Assembly: GCA_001799995.1 (NCBI GenBank)
Contig: MGUK01000085.1
Coordinates: 21-64,020 of the forward strand
Length of the DNA: 64,000 bases
Direction of reading: 5' to 3'
From: Elusimicrobia bacterium GWF2_62_30
Lineage (GTDB): Bacteria; Elusimicrobiota; Elusimicrobia; Elusimicrobiales; UBA9959
The notes under the pieces were generated by a model. That model ran no database searches and was not told the DNA's origin. It saw only the letters and a list, made by a program, of their open reading frames with translations. The position numbers were made by a program, and so were the translations under genes. Below, piece after piece: positions 17,973 through 26,775 of this stretch. The stretch's first letter is position 1, and each line of letters begins with the position of its first letter.

Positions 17973-20900
17973 AACGCATAACCCCCACAACTCTTTTCCT
18001 GGCTGCCGCTTTTTTCACGGCGGGCGCGGCTCCCCTGTGCGCCGCCGGCCCCCGGCAGAAATCCATGCAGCCGGCGGATTCCATGCGCACCGTGCGCAAA
18101 GAGCCTTCCGCCGCGGACCGTTCGGCTTTCCATAAGTTCGCGCTCAAGCACGGCAAGACCTGGAAGGTCCGGTATAACCCGCGCACGGCGCTCCCGGAAG
18201 CCCTCACCGGCGGCCGTACCCCGCGCTATCCCGGGTCCCCGGAGCAGGCCGCTTCGGCCTTCATGAACGAGAACAAGGACCTGCTCAAGATAGAGCCCTC
18301 CGCCCTGCGCCTGGCGAACAGCAAGAAATTCCTGGGGATGACCCATATCCAGTACCAGCAGTATTACAACGGTATTCCCGTGGAATTCTCCTACGCCCGC
18401 GCGCATATTTCGGCGGCGGGGGAGATCTCCGGCTACCAGGCCCGGTTCGAGCCCGGTATCGATATCAATATTATTCCTTCTATAACGGCCGAGCAGGCGC
18501 GGCAGGCCGCCGCCGTCGATATCGGGCGGCCGTTCAGGGTCACAGGCACGGAACTGGTCATCTTCCCGGACGAAGCGGCCGGCGCTCCGAAGCTGGCCTG
18601 GAAGGTGCGCGGCACCTCCGGGGGCTACTGGATCTATTACGTCGACGCCGCGAACGGCGCCCTGCTGCTGAAATACGACGATACGCGCCGCGTAGCGGTG
18701 TGCAACGGCACGGCCTACAACGTTATGGGGCGGTCTTCCGCCACCGTGTACGCCATTTCTCCTTTATCCACCGGCGACGCGAGCCCCGGCGTGCTGCAGA
18801 CCACCTGGGAGCTGCCCATAAGCACGGTGATCGCCAACCAGTATTTCTGGGTGGGCGGCCCTTCCACCTACACGGCGACCAACGCCGACGGGGACTACTG
18901 CATCAACGGGGTTAACGGGAAAGTGTACTCCGCTTTCAAGGGGCCGTATTTCTCGGTCACCAACGCCAGGGGGCTCAGCGCGCATTTCGACAACGGCGGC
19001 GGCAAGTGGCGGGTTTACAACCACAACCCGTGGGTAGGCAGCGGGGCGTATGTGAACGGGCAGGACACGGTGTATACCGCGGTCGTTCCCTCCAGCGATT
19101 ACGTTTCCCTGGGCGTATTCATGAAGGCGGTCCCGTATTTCGACTCTTTCTCCGTGGGCGCGATGGACGAATACGGCACGGTCAATAACGATGACGTGGT
19201 CCAGGTCAGGAACGACCTGCTGGGCGGCAATAATACCGTCGCCAGCTATATCGCCCATCACACGCAGCCTTTTCACGGCGCTTCGGTGGAAAGTTCCACC
19301 TACAGCCTGCGGCTGCTGGCCGACGGCGCCGACACGGCCGGCGGGTTCATGATAAAGCAGTCCAGCTACATGTACCTCCCGTCCGCCAACAACCCCTGGG
19401 AGACCAGCAATATTACGGGTTCCGTGGTCTGGTCCACCAGCAGCGCCAATGTTTATCTCGACGCCCGGCCCAACCATACCGACGGCCTGGCCGAGGTCAA
19501 CGCCTTTTACCACCTGGACAGGGCGCGCAATTTCTTCGAGACGATGAACAAGAACCCCTATGACGGCACGCCCAAGCCGGTGAACCTGGACAAGCGGGTG
19601 CCGGTGATGGTGCACGCCAGCGGCAGCCCCGATAATATTCCTTATGCCGGGATGTTGAACGCCTATTACGACCTGGTGAACGATAATATCGTGATCGGCG
19701 ACGGTCCCACGGACCTGAACCTGAACTACAGGTCGTTCGCCCTGGACGGGACGGTGGTGCGCCATGAGTACGTCCACCTGGCCATAAACCGCATCTACCC
19801 GATCATCAACTACGGGGAATTCGGCGCCCTGAGCGAGGCCCTGGCCGACTATTTTTCCCTGGCCTCGTTCTGGAGGGAAGGCCGGCCGCTCTCCATACTG
19901 GGCAATTTCCTGGGTTCCGGTTCGCGCGATATCGACGCGCCCCTCACCTCCTCGCCGAATTTCAAGAAGATCCCCGACCATTGGAACGGCGAGGTCCATG
20001 ACGACGCCATGATTATTTCCGAGGCCATGTACACACTGCGCAACGGCGGCGCCAATTCCCTGGGCACCATCCCTTCCGGGACCTTCTCCGGCCTGCCGGT
20101 GGCCGACGTGATCTTCTGGTCGGCGCTCTTCTATTTCCCCGACAACTTCACCAACTTTTACGACGCGGCCGTCGACGCCTGCAAACAGCTGGAGACGCTG
20201 GCGGCCGGCAGCTGCGGCGGCGCCGGGTCTCCGAACGTCTCGCTGATCACCACCGCGTTCGGCGCCCACGGCATTCCGGTGCCCGGCACGGCGGGCGACG
20301 CGTACGAAACGGCCTCGAACGACGGGCTTTGCGAGAATAACAACGGACCGGAGTGCGCGGCGGAACTGTCCGGGCTTACCTCCATTTCGGCTACGATCTA
20401 TCCGGCCGTGGACGTGGACTACTATTCGCTGCCGATAGCCGCTGGCAACGTTTACGCCACGCTGACCCTGCCGCCCGCCGCGAACGACGGGGAATACAAG
20501 GCCTACGGCATGTACCTCTTCGATTCCAAGCGCGACATAGTCTATGACGCAGAAGGCAACGAGGTTTCCGCCGTGCCGGTCATAAACGATTACGGCGGCT
20601 ATTGCCCCGCCTCCGGGGACTGCATTACTCTTTCCCCGTCCGTCAGCTTCTATTATCCTTCCGCGTCCGCCGGCAGGTATTACCTGGTCGTTTCGGGCGG
20701 TCCCACGGAGAATTACAGTAATTCCGTGGTCAAATCCACCATGCCGTATACCCTGAGCCTGTCCTACGGGCAGAAGGGCGCGGTGGAAGCGTACCTGGAC
20801 GCCGGTTCCACCGTGGACAACGACAGGATCTCGTTCATGGCGCCGCACGAGAAATTCTCGATGAGCATGGCCCCGTCCTCTCATACACTGCAGACGGCCG

Positions 20901-21487
20901 AGGTGCTCTTCAACTACGCGCAGCTGCGCGACCACAACGGCACGGCGCTGGCGCTGGCCAGGACCGATATCGCCAACGGCCTGCTCCGGGTAGTGGGCAG
21001 CACCATCGATAACGACTACACCGACAGCCTGGGCCGTACCATGATCACCGGCACGCTGGGCGTCCAGCCGGGTTTCGCCCTGCGTTATCCCGGCGTGGGG
21101 ACCGTCACCGTCGAGGTCTTTGGCTCCAACCATATGGGGAAGATAGTTTCGCTCGGCCAGTCCGGCCTTATCAATCTGTCGACCAACAGGACGACAATGA
21201 CCACCTACAACAACCTCATGGGCGACCCGGCGAAGGTCCCGCATGCGTCCGCCAACGCTATAATCAAATATGAACTGCAGGCCGCGGGTTCCCTGACGAT
21301 AAAGATCTACACCCAGGCGGGCTCCCTGGTCAAGACCGTTTACGACGGGCCGGCCCCGGCGGGCAAGGGGACTTTGAACTGGGACGGGACTAATTCCAAC
21401 GGGAAAAAAGCCGCCAGCGGGATCTATTTCGTGAAGGCCAAGGGCGCGGGGCTGGACAAGACGGATAAGATAGCCATCGTGAGATGA
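17969..21487 (+). CDS. Secreted thermolysin-type (HEXXH+E) zinc metalloprotease with propeptide, PPC-like domain and a FlgD-Ig / T9SS-type C-terminal sorting-like domain
   Basis: Has a signal peptide and FTP/PepSY-like propeptide regions. HEYVH lies at nt 19763-19777, with the third-ligand Glu in GALSEALAD 20 residues after the second His, the same spacing as thermolysin. A DVDYYSL pre-peptidase-type domain is present. The last 75 aa or so (SLTIKIYTQAGSLVKTVYDG...NWDGTNSNGKKAASGIYFVKAKG...KIAIVR) match the FlgD-Ig / Por sorting tail pattern. Confidence 0.75.
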   Translation: MKRITPTTLFLAAAFFTAGAAPLCAAGPRQKSMQPADSMRTVRKEPSAADRSAFHKFALKHGKTWKVRYNPRTALPEALTGGRTPRYPGSPEQAASAFMNENKDLLKIEPSALRLANSKKFLGMTHIQYQQYYNGIPVEFSYARAHISAAGEISGYQARFEPGIDINIIPSITAEQARQAAAVDIGRPFRVTGTELVIFPDEAAGAPKLAWKVRGTSGGYWIYYVDAANGALLLKYDDTRRVAVCNGTAYNVMGRSSATVYAISPLSTGDASPGVLQTTWELPISTVIANQYFWVGGPSTYTATNADGDYCINGVNGKVYSAFKGPYFSVTNARGLSAHFDNGGGKWRVYNHNPWVGSGAYVNGQDTVYTAVVPSSDYVSLGVFMKAVPYFDSFSVGAMDEYGTVNNDDVVQVRNDLLGGNNTVASYIAHHTQPFHGASVESSTYSLRLLADGADTAGGFMIKQSSYMYLPSANNPWETSNITGSVVWSTSSANVYLDARPNHTDGLAEVNAFYHLDRARNFFETMNKNPYDGTPKPVNLDKRVPVMVHASGSPDNIPYAGMLNAYYDLVNDNIVIGDGPTDLNLNYRSFALDGTVVRHEYVHLAINRIYPIINYGEFGALSEALADYFSLASFWREGRPLSILGNFLGSGSRDIDAPLTSSPNFKKIPDHWNGEVHDDAMIISEAMYTLRNGGANSLGTIPSGTFSGLPVADVIFWSALFYFPDNFTNFYDAAVDACKQLETLAAGSCGGAGSPNVSLITTAFGAHGIPVPGTAGDAYETASNDGLCENNNGPECAAELSGLTSISATIYPAVDVDYYSLPIAAGNVYATLTLPPAANDGEYKAYGMYLFDSKRDIVYDAEGNEVSAVPVINDYGGYCPASGDCITLSPSVSFYYPSASAGRYYLVVSGGPTENYSNSVVKSTMPYTLSLSYGQKGAVEAYLDAGSTVDNDRISFMAPHEKFSMSMAPSSHTLQTAEVLFNYAQLRDHNGTALALARTDIANGLLRVVGSTIDNDYTDSLGRTMITGTLGVQPGFALRYPGVGTVTVEVFGSNHMGKIVSLGQSGLINLSTNRTTMTTYNNLMGDPAKVPHASANAIIKYELQAAGSLTIKIYTQAGSLVKTVYDGPAPAGKGTLNWDGTNSNGKKAASGIYFVKAKGAGLDKTDKIAIVR

Positions 21488-22692
21488 AGAATAAATTTAT
21501 GAAAGCAGGGACCATGAACGGAGGTCGTCTTAAAATGGCGCGGGGCGCGGCGGCGCTGTGCTGCCTTGCCGCGCTCCTTCTCTGCGCGCCGCCGGCCTTT
21601 GCGGGCGGGGGGGGCGCCGCCGGCCTCCAGATACTCAAGTCGGATATCAGCCCGCGCGCCATGGGTATGGCCGGGGCCTTTACCGCGGTCTCCGACGACA
21701 TTTATTCCATGACTTACAATCCCGCCGGGCTGGGGCAGCTCCACTTCCCGGAGGCTTCGGCCATGTACCTGTCCGGGTTCGAGGATTCGACCCTTAATTT
21801 CCTGGCGGTAGGCGTGCCCCTGCCCATAAAAGGCCTGGGCGGGCTCGCAAAGCCGGTAGCCGGCATTTCCCTGCTCACCTCCGACGCCGGCTCTTTCACC
21901 CAGCGCACGATAAACGGCGACGGGACCGTCACCTCGGGGTCCTACGACGCGCAGAAAGACCTGGCGCTTACGTTCAGCTACGGCGAAAAAGTGTTTTCCG
22001 GCGAAGTGAACCTAGAGGCCTATAAGCCCAAGCTCGACACTTACGTGGGCATGAGCGCCAAATACCTCCGGTCCACCATACTGGAGGAGTATACCGCCAG
22101 CGGCTTTGCGGCCGATTTCGGCTGCCTGGTGCTGGACGCAGAGCACGGGCTGTCGATGGGCGTTTCCCTGTCCAATATGGGCAGCGGCCTCAAATACGTC
22201 TCGGCGAACACCAAGCTGCCCACGATACTGCGCCTTGGCCTGTCCTACCAGCACGCCACCATAATGGACCAGGCCATCATCCTGGCCGCCGACGGGGATT
22301 TCTACACGACCGAAGGCCAGCAAAGCTACCGCGTCGGCCTGGAATACCACTTCGAGAAGATCTTCAACCTGCGCCTCGGCTACAGGGCGGAGAACGACAA
22401 TCCCGGGATGACCGTCGGCATGGGCCTGCGCTATGACGACATGTCCCTGGACCTGGGCATGGCCGCCGCCAGCGAGGTCTATAACGCCTCTCAGCTCTCG
22501 TTCACCTATAAATTCTCGGGCATAAAAGTGAAACAGTACGAACGCAAACTGAAATATAAGGACGTGGAACCCTCGAAGGCCGGCAAGCCCGCCAAGGAAG
22601 CGCCGCAAAAGGCCGCGCCCAGGAAAACCGCCCCCAAACAGGATTACCCGCAGGAAAAGAAAAAAGACTCCGACCTTTTCATGATCTTCTGA
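21484..22692 (+). CDS. PorV/PorQ-family-like outer-membrane beta-barrel protein
   Basis: An ATGA overlap links it to the protease gene. It has a signal peptide, and the N-terminal LQILKSDISPRAMGMAGAFTAVSDDIYSMTYNPAGLG resembles the PorV-family signature as I remember it. Alternating beta-strand pattern with aromatic-rich segments. The Lys/Pro-rich tail is unusual. Confidence 0.5.
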   Translation: MKNKFMKAGTMNGGRLKMARGAAALCCLAALLLCAPPAFAGGGGAAGLQILKSDISPRAMGMAGAFTAVSDDIYSMTYNPAGLGQLHFPEASAMYLSGFEDSTLNFLAVGVPLPIKGLGGLAKPVAGISLLTSDAGSFTQRTINGDGTVTSGSYDAQKDLALTFSYGEKVFSGEVNLEAYKPKLDTYVGMSAKYLRSTILEEYTASGFAADFGCLVLDAEHGLSMGVSLSNMGSGLKYVSANTKLPTILRLGLSYQHATIMDQAIILAADGDFYTTEGQQSYRVGLEYHFEKIFNLRLGYRAENDNPGMTVGMGLRYDDMSLDLGMAAASEVYNASQLSFTYKFSGIKVKQYERKLKYKDVEPSKAGKPAKEAPQKAAPRKTAPKQDYPQEKKKDSDLFMIF

Positions 22693-22747
22693 CCGCAACC
22701 CCGGTAAACCGCGCGGTTTCCGGCGGCCTCCGGGCTACCCGTCGTCA

Positions 22748-22776
22748 TTGACACCCGGTACCTTTGTTTATACAAT
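22748..22776 (+). promoter_or_regulatory. Near-consensus sigma70-type promoter for the lipoprotein pair
   Basis: TTGACA (22748-22753), a 17-nt spacer, then TACAAT (22771-22776). AGGAGG RBS at 22803-22808 and ATG at 22816. Confidence 0.6.
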
Positions 22777-22815
22777 TTAAAGCGAAGTTCCAGAGGGTTC
22801 CAGGAGGTTTTTATT

Positions 22816-23265
22816 ATGAAAAAAATATGGCTTGCGGTATTAGCCGCTTTTGTGGTCGCGGGCTGCTCTTCGGCCCCGGATAAAGGCACCGTTTCCGGCT
22901 CCGGAGAGGTCGAGCGGGAATGGGTGGAAGAGGGCATAACCAAGAATTTCGTTTTCGCGCGCGGCATGGGCGCGGCGGACCAGACGCTGGATAACAAAAC
23001 CCAGCGCATGGCTACCTCCCGCAACGCGTCCATCGTGAACGCCCAATACAACATGCTGTCCTTCCTCAAAGGCGTGAACCTCGAGGGCGGCGTCACCGTC
23101 GAAAAGGCGATAGAGACCGACTCCGTGCTGGCCACCAAGATAAATTCCGTCATCAAGGGCGCCCAGGTAGTGCGCACCGAGTGGACCAACGACGACGGCT
23201 GCATAGTCATCCTGCGCCTGCCGAAGAAGGCCCTTAAGGAAGCCGGCGTTAAACTGGCCGAGTAA
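22816..23265 (+). CDS. LPP20-family lipoprotein
   Basis: Lipobox VVAGC at the end of the signal peptide. The FARGMGAAD...A...A...L..FLKGV.LEGG....D.V....I..VIKGAQVV pattern resembles LPP20/FlgP-type lipoproteins. Confidence 0.55.
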   Translation: MKKIWLAVLAAFVVAGCSSAPDKGTVSGSGEVEREWVEEGITKNFVFARGMGAADQTLDNKTQRMATSRNASIVNAQYNMLSFLKGVNLEGGVTVEKAIETDSVLATKINSVIKGAQVVRTEWTNDDGCIVILRLPKKALKEAGVKLAE

Positions 23266-23276
23266 GCCTTAACTCG

Positions 23277-24332
23277 ATGCAACGTCTTTCCCGCATACTG
23301 ATGGCGGCGGCTTTTATTGCCGCCGCGGGCTGCGCCGGCGGCCAGAAGAGCCGGCTGAACCCCGCCTACGACACGGAAGTGGTCGAGGCGGAGGGGATGT
23401 CCCCTATAGTGGACGGCGACAAAGAAGGCGCCAAGAAGACCGCCCTGCAGGAAGCGATGAAAAGCGCTTTAGGCCTGGTGGTCGGCGTGTACGTGTCGCA
23501 GGACGCCATGGTCTCGAAGTCCATCCTTATAGACGAGAACATCACCTCGCAGACCGAAGGGTATATCGAAAAGTACGAAGTGCTCAAGGAGCGCGTGGAC
23601 GGGGAGTTCTACAAGACCCGCATCCGCGCGCATGTGCGCAAAGAGGACCTGGCCGCCAAGCTGCGCACGCTGGAAAGCGAGCCGCAGAAGCTGGGCAACC
23701 CGGTCATAGGGTTCGATATTGCCGAGGCCGCGGACTCGAAGCCGCAGCAGACCAATTACGCCGAGCTGGAGCTGAAGAACCGCTTCACCGAGGCCGGCTT
23801 CATAACGGGCGAGAAGGACAAGGCCGATATCGTGGTCAAGGGAGAGGCGCAGACCTCTTTCAATACCAGGGAAGGCCTTGGGGGCTTCGTTTCCTACCGC
23901 GCGGGCGTTTCGCTGGCGGCGGTTAAGACCGGCTCCAGGGAGACCCTCGCTTCCGCGCAGGAATCCGCGGGCGGGATGGACCTTAACGACCCGGCGGCGG
24001 CCAGGACCTCCATCATCAACGCGGCCAAGAAGGCCGCTGACACGCTGAAGGACCGCATCCTGAAATCCCTCAGGGAGAAATCCATAGTCAGGCTGAACCT
24101 GGCCAACGTCGCGACCATGAACGACCTGAGCGATTTCACCAAGATACTGCGCAACATCCCCGCTGTGCGCGCCTCCTGGGTGCGCGGCTACAGCGGCGGG
24201 ACCGCCGTGCTGGACGTGGCGATGCATAAAGGCTCCGCTTCGGACCTTTCCCAGCTCCTGATGAAGAACACAAAGCGGCCGGTGAAGATAAACCGGACTT
24301 CTTCGTACGACCTGGACGCTGAGCTTCAGTAA
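23277..24332 (+). CDS. Lipoprotein of unknown function (N-terminal LPP20/FlgT_N-like module suspected)
   Basis: Lipobox AAAGC. VEAEGMSPIVDGDKEGAKKTALQEAMKSALGLVVG resembles the same small alpha/beta module. I see no other recognisable motif. Confidence 0.5.
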   Translation: MQRLSRILMAAAFIAAAGCAGGQKSRLNPAYDTEVVEAEGMSPIVDGDKEGAKKTALQEAMKSALGLVVGVYVSQDAMVSKSILIDENITSQTEGYIEKYEVLKERVDGEFYKTRIRAHVRKEDLAAKLRTLESEPQKLGNPVIGFDIAEAADSKPQQTNYAELELKNRFTEAGFITGEKDKADIVVKGEAQTSFNTREGLGGFVSYRAGVSLAAVKTGSRETLASAQESAGGMDLNDPAAARTSIINAAKKAADTLKDRILKSLREKSIVRLNLANVATMNDLSDFTKILRNIPAVRASWVRGYSGGTAVLDVAMHKGSASDLSQLLMKNTKRPVKINRTSSYDLDAELQ

Positions 24333-24351
24333 CCCTCACCCTGGTAAAGAA

Positions 24352-24389
24352 GAGAGGCTGCGAATATTTCGCAGCCTCTTTTCTTTTTT
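24352..24389. terminator. Rho-independent terminator between convergent genes
   Basis: Stem gagaggctgcgaa / ttcgcagcctctt with a 3-nt loop, followed by ttttcttttttg. Confidence 0.7.
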
Positions 24390-24408
24390 GCCCGGAGCCG
24401 CTCCGGAG

Positions 24409-25143
24409 CTAGCGCTTGTCGAGCTTTTCCTGCCTGCGCTTTTCCAGGGCGTCCAGTTTCGTCTGCTGGCGGTTTATATAATCGTCCACGAAGCCGTCCC
24501 GCTCGTCCATGCGCTTGCGCAGCGCTTCCACCCGGCCCCTAAGCTTCTCATATCGCCGTTTCTCTACCTGCATGAGCCTGGAGAGCCGGTTCTGGACGGC
24601 CACTTCGCCGCCGGCGGCGGCAGAGGCCTCGCTGCCGGCCAGCAGTTCCTTTTCCTGCCCGTCGGGGCCCGACACGGCCATAACTCCCTCGAACAGCCCC
24701 ACGTTGGTCTCGCCGGTGGAGGACACCATCACCGCGAAATCCGTGCCGCGCACGGCGCAGACGGAGACCGGAGTGTGCACGGAGAATTTAGATTTGAACT
24801 TCTTTAACTTGGCCGCGAGCCACAGGGCCTTGCCGCGCAGCAGCTTGAATATGTAGGTCCGGCCCTCTGGCGTTATCTTGAGCTCGTCGAAGGAGGTTTC
24901 CGTGCCGGGATCGACCTTCAGGAAGGTGCCGTCCTTGAAGATCAGCTCGCAGCTGGCCTTGTCGCCGGTCTTCAGCCTGTACCCTTCGGCCACCGGCATC
25001 CCCTTGGCGGCCGGGAGCCAGGCGGTTTCGCCGGTCTTCATCAGCTGGACGTCTCCTGATAGGGCATAAACGCAGGCCGTCGCGCCCGCGGAGGCGGAAA
25101 GCGGGAAGGCGATAAAGCTTAGTGTCAGCAGCAGTTTGAACAT
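24409..25143 (-). CDS. FecR-domain protein, secreted, with a C-terminal coiled-coil
   Basis: Signal peptide. GDVQLMKTGETAWLPAAKGMPVAEGYRLKTGDKASCELIFKDGTFLKV is a typical FecR beta-domain pattern. The tail is charged and heptad-like. Confidence 0.65.
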   Translation of the reverse strand: MFKLLLTLSFIAFPLSASAGATACVYALSGDVQLMKTGETAWLPAAKGMPVAEGYRLKTGDKASCELIFKDGTFLKVDPGTETSFDELKITPEGRTYIFKLLRGKALWLAAKLKKFKSKFSVHTPVSVCAVRGTDFAVMVSSTGETNVGLFEGVMAVSGPDGQEKELLAGSEASAAAGGEVAVQNRLSRLMQVEKRRYEKLRGRVEALRKRMDERDGFVDDYINRQQTKLDALEKRRQEKLDKR

Positions 25144-25212
25144 GGCGCACCCCTTGAACTCGTCTTGTACTTATAAATATACAATATACGGCAAATATTA
25201 TAAAATCGAGTT

Positions 25213-25869
25213 ATGTATTTCTTCCGCCTGCGCGTCATAAACACTATCCTCTTCCTGGTCGTAGGCGTCTTTATAGGTTTCATCCTTAAGGGACGGGTGA
25301 ACCCGCCCCCCGTCGCCTCCGCCGCGCCGCGCTACCAGCCGGCTTACGAAGCGGTCCCGGTCAAGCCGGAGGCGGAGGCCGTAGAGGCGGAGGAGGAAGA
25401 ACTGCCGCCCGAGCCGGAAAAAGCCGCCGGTCCGCGCCGCGCGGCGGCGCCCGCTCCCGCCCGGGAAGAAGAGGACGCGGAGCTTTCCATTGAAGCGGAT
25501 ACCCCCGCGCCGCCCGGCGCCCGGCGCCAGCCGGTTTTTTTAAGCGTGGAGCCGGCCGCCTTCTTCAAGGGGGCCGCCGGCTACGCCGGCCGCGACCTGG
25601 AGATGACGCTGCAGCTGATAACGGTGAAAAAGGCCGCGGGCGGCTGGCGCCTTAACTTCGTCTATACCTTCCCGGACAAGACCATCGATTATCTCTACCT
25701 CGACGATACGTCGACGCTGGGGACCAGCCCCGACCTGCGCATAGGTTATGTTTATAACGTCAGGTTCCGCTGCGAGCGCGGCGATCTGTCCGACGGGAAC
25801 ACCCTTTCCTTCATAGAGCCCACCGGGGATAAAGCCAACTGGGCTACCGGCCTGAGCGCCATAGAGTGA
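25213..25869 (+). CDS. Hypothetical membrane-anchored protein with a Pro/Ala/Glu-rich linker
   Basis: One N-terminal TM (INTILFLVVGVFIGFIL), a low-complexity acidic/Pro region, then a globular C-terminus. No family recognised. Confidence 0.55.
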   Translation: MYFFRLRVINTILFLVVGVFIGFILKGRVNPPPVASAAPRYQPAYEAVPVKPEAEAVEAEEEELPPEPEKAAGPRRAAAPAPAREEEDAELSIEADTPAPPGARRQPVFLSVEPAAFFKGAAGYAGRDLEMTLQLITVKKAAGGWRLNFVYTFPDKTIDYLYLDDTSTLGTSPDLRIGYVYNVRFRCERGDLSDGNTLSFIEPTGDKANWATGLSAIE

Positions 25870-25881
25870 TCCGCCGGCACC

Positions 25882-26775
25882 ATGTCATATTTCTTCATAA
25901 TCAACCCTAATGCCGGCAAAAGGCATTCCGGAATAAAGGACCGCCTGGAGAAGTATTTTTCCGGCCGCAAGCTGCGCTTCGAGGCCGAGTTCACGCGCGC
26001 TCGCGGGCACGCCAGCGAGCTGGCCGCCAGGGCCGTGATCGCCGGGTTTACCAGGGTGGTAGCGGTAGGCGGGGACGGCACCATCCGGGAGACCGCTTCG
26101 GCGCTTATCGGCAAAGACGCGGCGCTCGGCATCCTTCCCTGCGGTTCCGGCAACGGCCTGGCGCGCAATCTCTACATGCCTCTTTCCTTCGACGCGGCGC
26201 TCAAGGGCCTCCTGGAGTGGCCCGTGCGGGCCATAGACGCGGGGCTGGCCAACGGGCACCCGTTCTTCTGCGCCGCCGGGGTGGGGCTGGACGCCGAAGT
26301 CGCCCACGACTTCAATTCCCGCAGCCACAGCCGCGGGATCTTCCCTTATGTCTGGCATGCCGCTAAGCGCATCTTCTTTTACCGGCCGCAGCCGCTTACC
26401 GCGCGCCTGGACGGCAAGCGCCTGGAGCTTGAGTCCCTGCTGCTCGCCGCCGCCCTCAACGGCATGCAGTACGGCGGCGGGGCCCGGATGGCCCCCGGCG
26501 CCTATCTCGACGACGGGCAGCTGGATTTCTGTACGGTCAAAAAGGCCTCCCTCCTCAAGCTCCTGGCCGTCCTGCCGGCCCTTTTCAACGGCAAGCTCCC
26601 GCGGCATCCCCGGATCTATTCCGCCACCAGGGCCAGGCTGATAGAGCTCGACTGCGGCCGGGGGACCTGGTACCACCTCGACGGCGAAGACCTCTTTTCC
26701 GAAGACGGCATAATAAAGATCAGCATCCTGCCGTCGGCGCTTAAAGTCGTAGCCCCGAAGCCCTGCAATGTCTGA
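25882..26775 (+). CDS. Diacylglycerol-kinase-family lipid kinase (YegS/BmrU type)
   Basis: MSYFFIINPNAGK start, the VAVGGDGT motif and LPCGSGNGLAR. Confidence 0.85.
   Translation: MSYFFIINPNAGKRHSGIKDRLEKYFSGRKLRFEAEFTRARGHASELAARAVIAGFTRVVAVGGDGTIRETASALIGKDAALGILPCGSGNGLARNLYMPLSFDAALKGLLEWPVRAIDAGLANGHPFFCAAGVGLDAEVAHDFNSRSHSRGIFPYVWHAAKRIFFYRPQPLTARLDGKRLELESLLLAAALNGMQYGGGARMAPGAYLDDGQLDFCTVKKASLLKLLAVLPALFNGKLPRHPRIYSATRARLIELDCGRGTWYHLDGEDLFSEDGIIKISILPSALKVVAPKPCNV

Noticed and set aside
18764-21244. 826-aa minus-strand ORF
   Set aside because: It lies antisense to the protease gene, which carries a signal peptide, HEXXH+E and a sorting-type CTD. It has no motifs and is Arg/Gly-rich.
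17969-22692. Calling this locus a type IX secretion system
   Set aside because: Only a CTD-like cargo tail and a PorV-like barrel are present. No porK/L/M/N, sprA, porU or sortase-like genes are in the window, so a T9SS cannot be claimed from this sequence.
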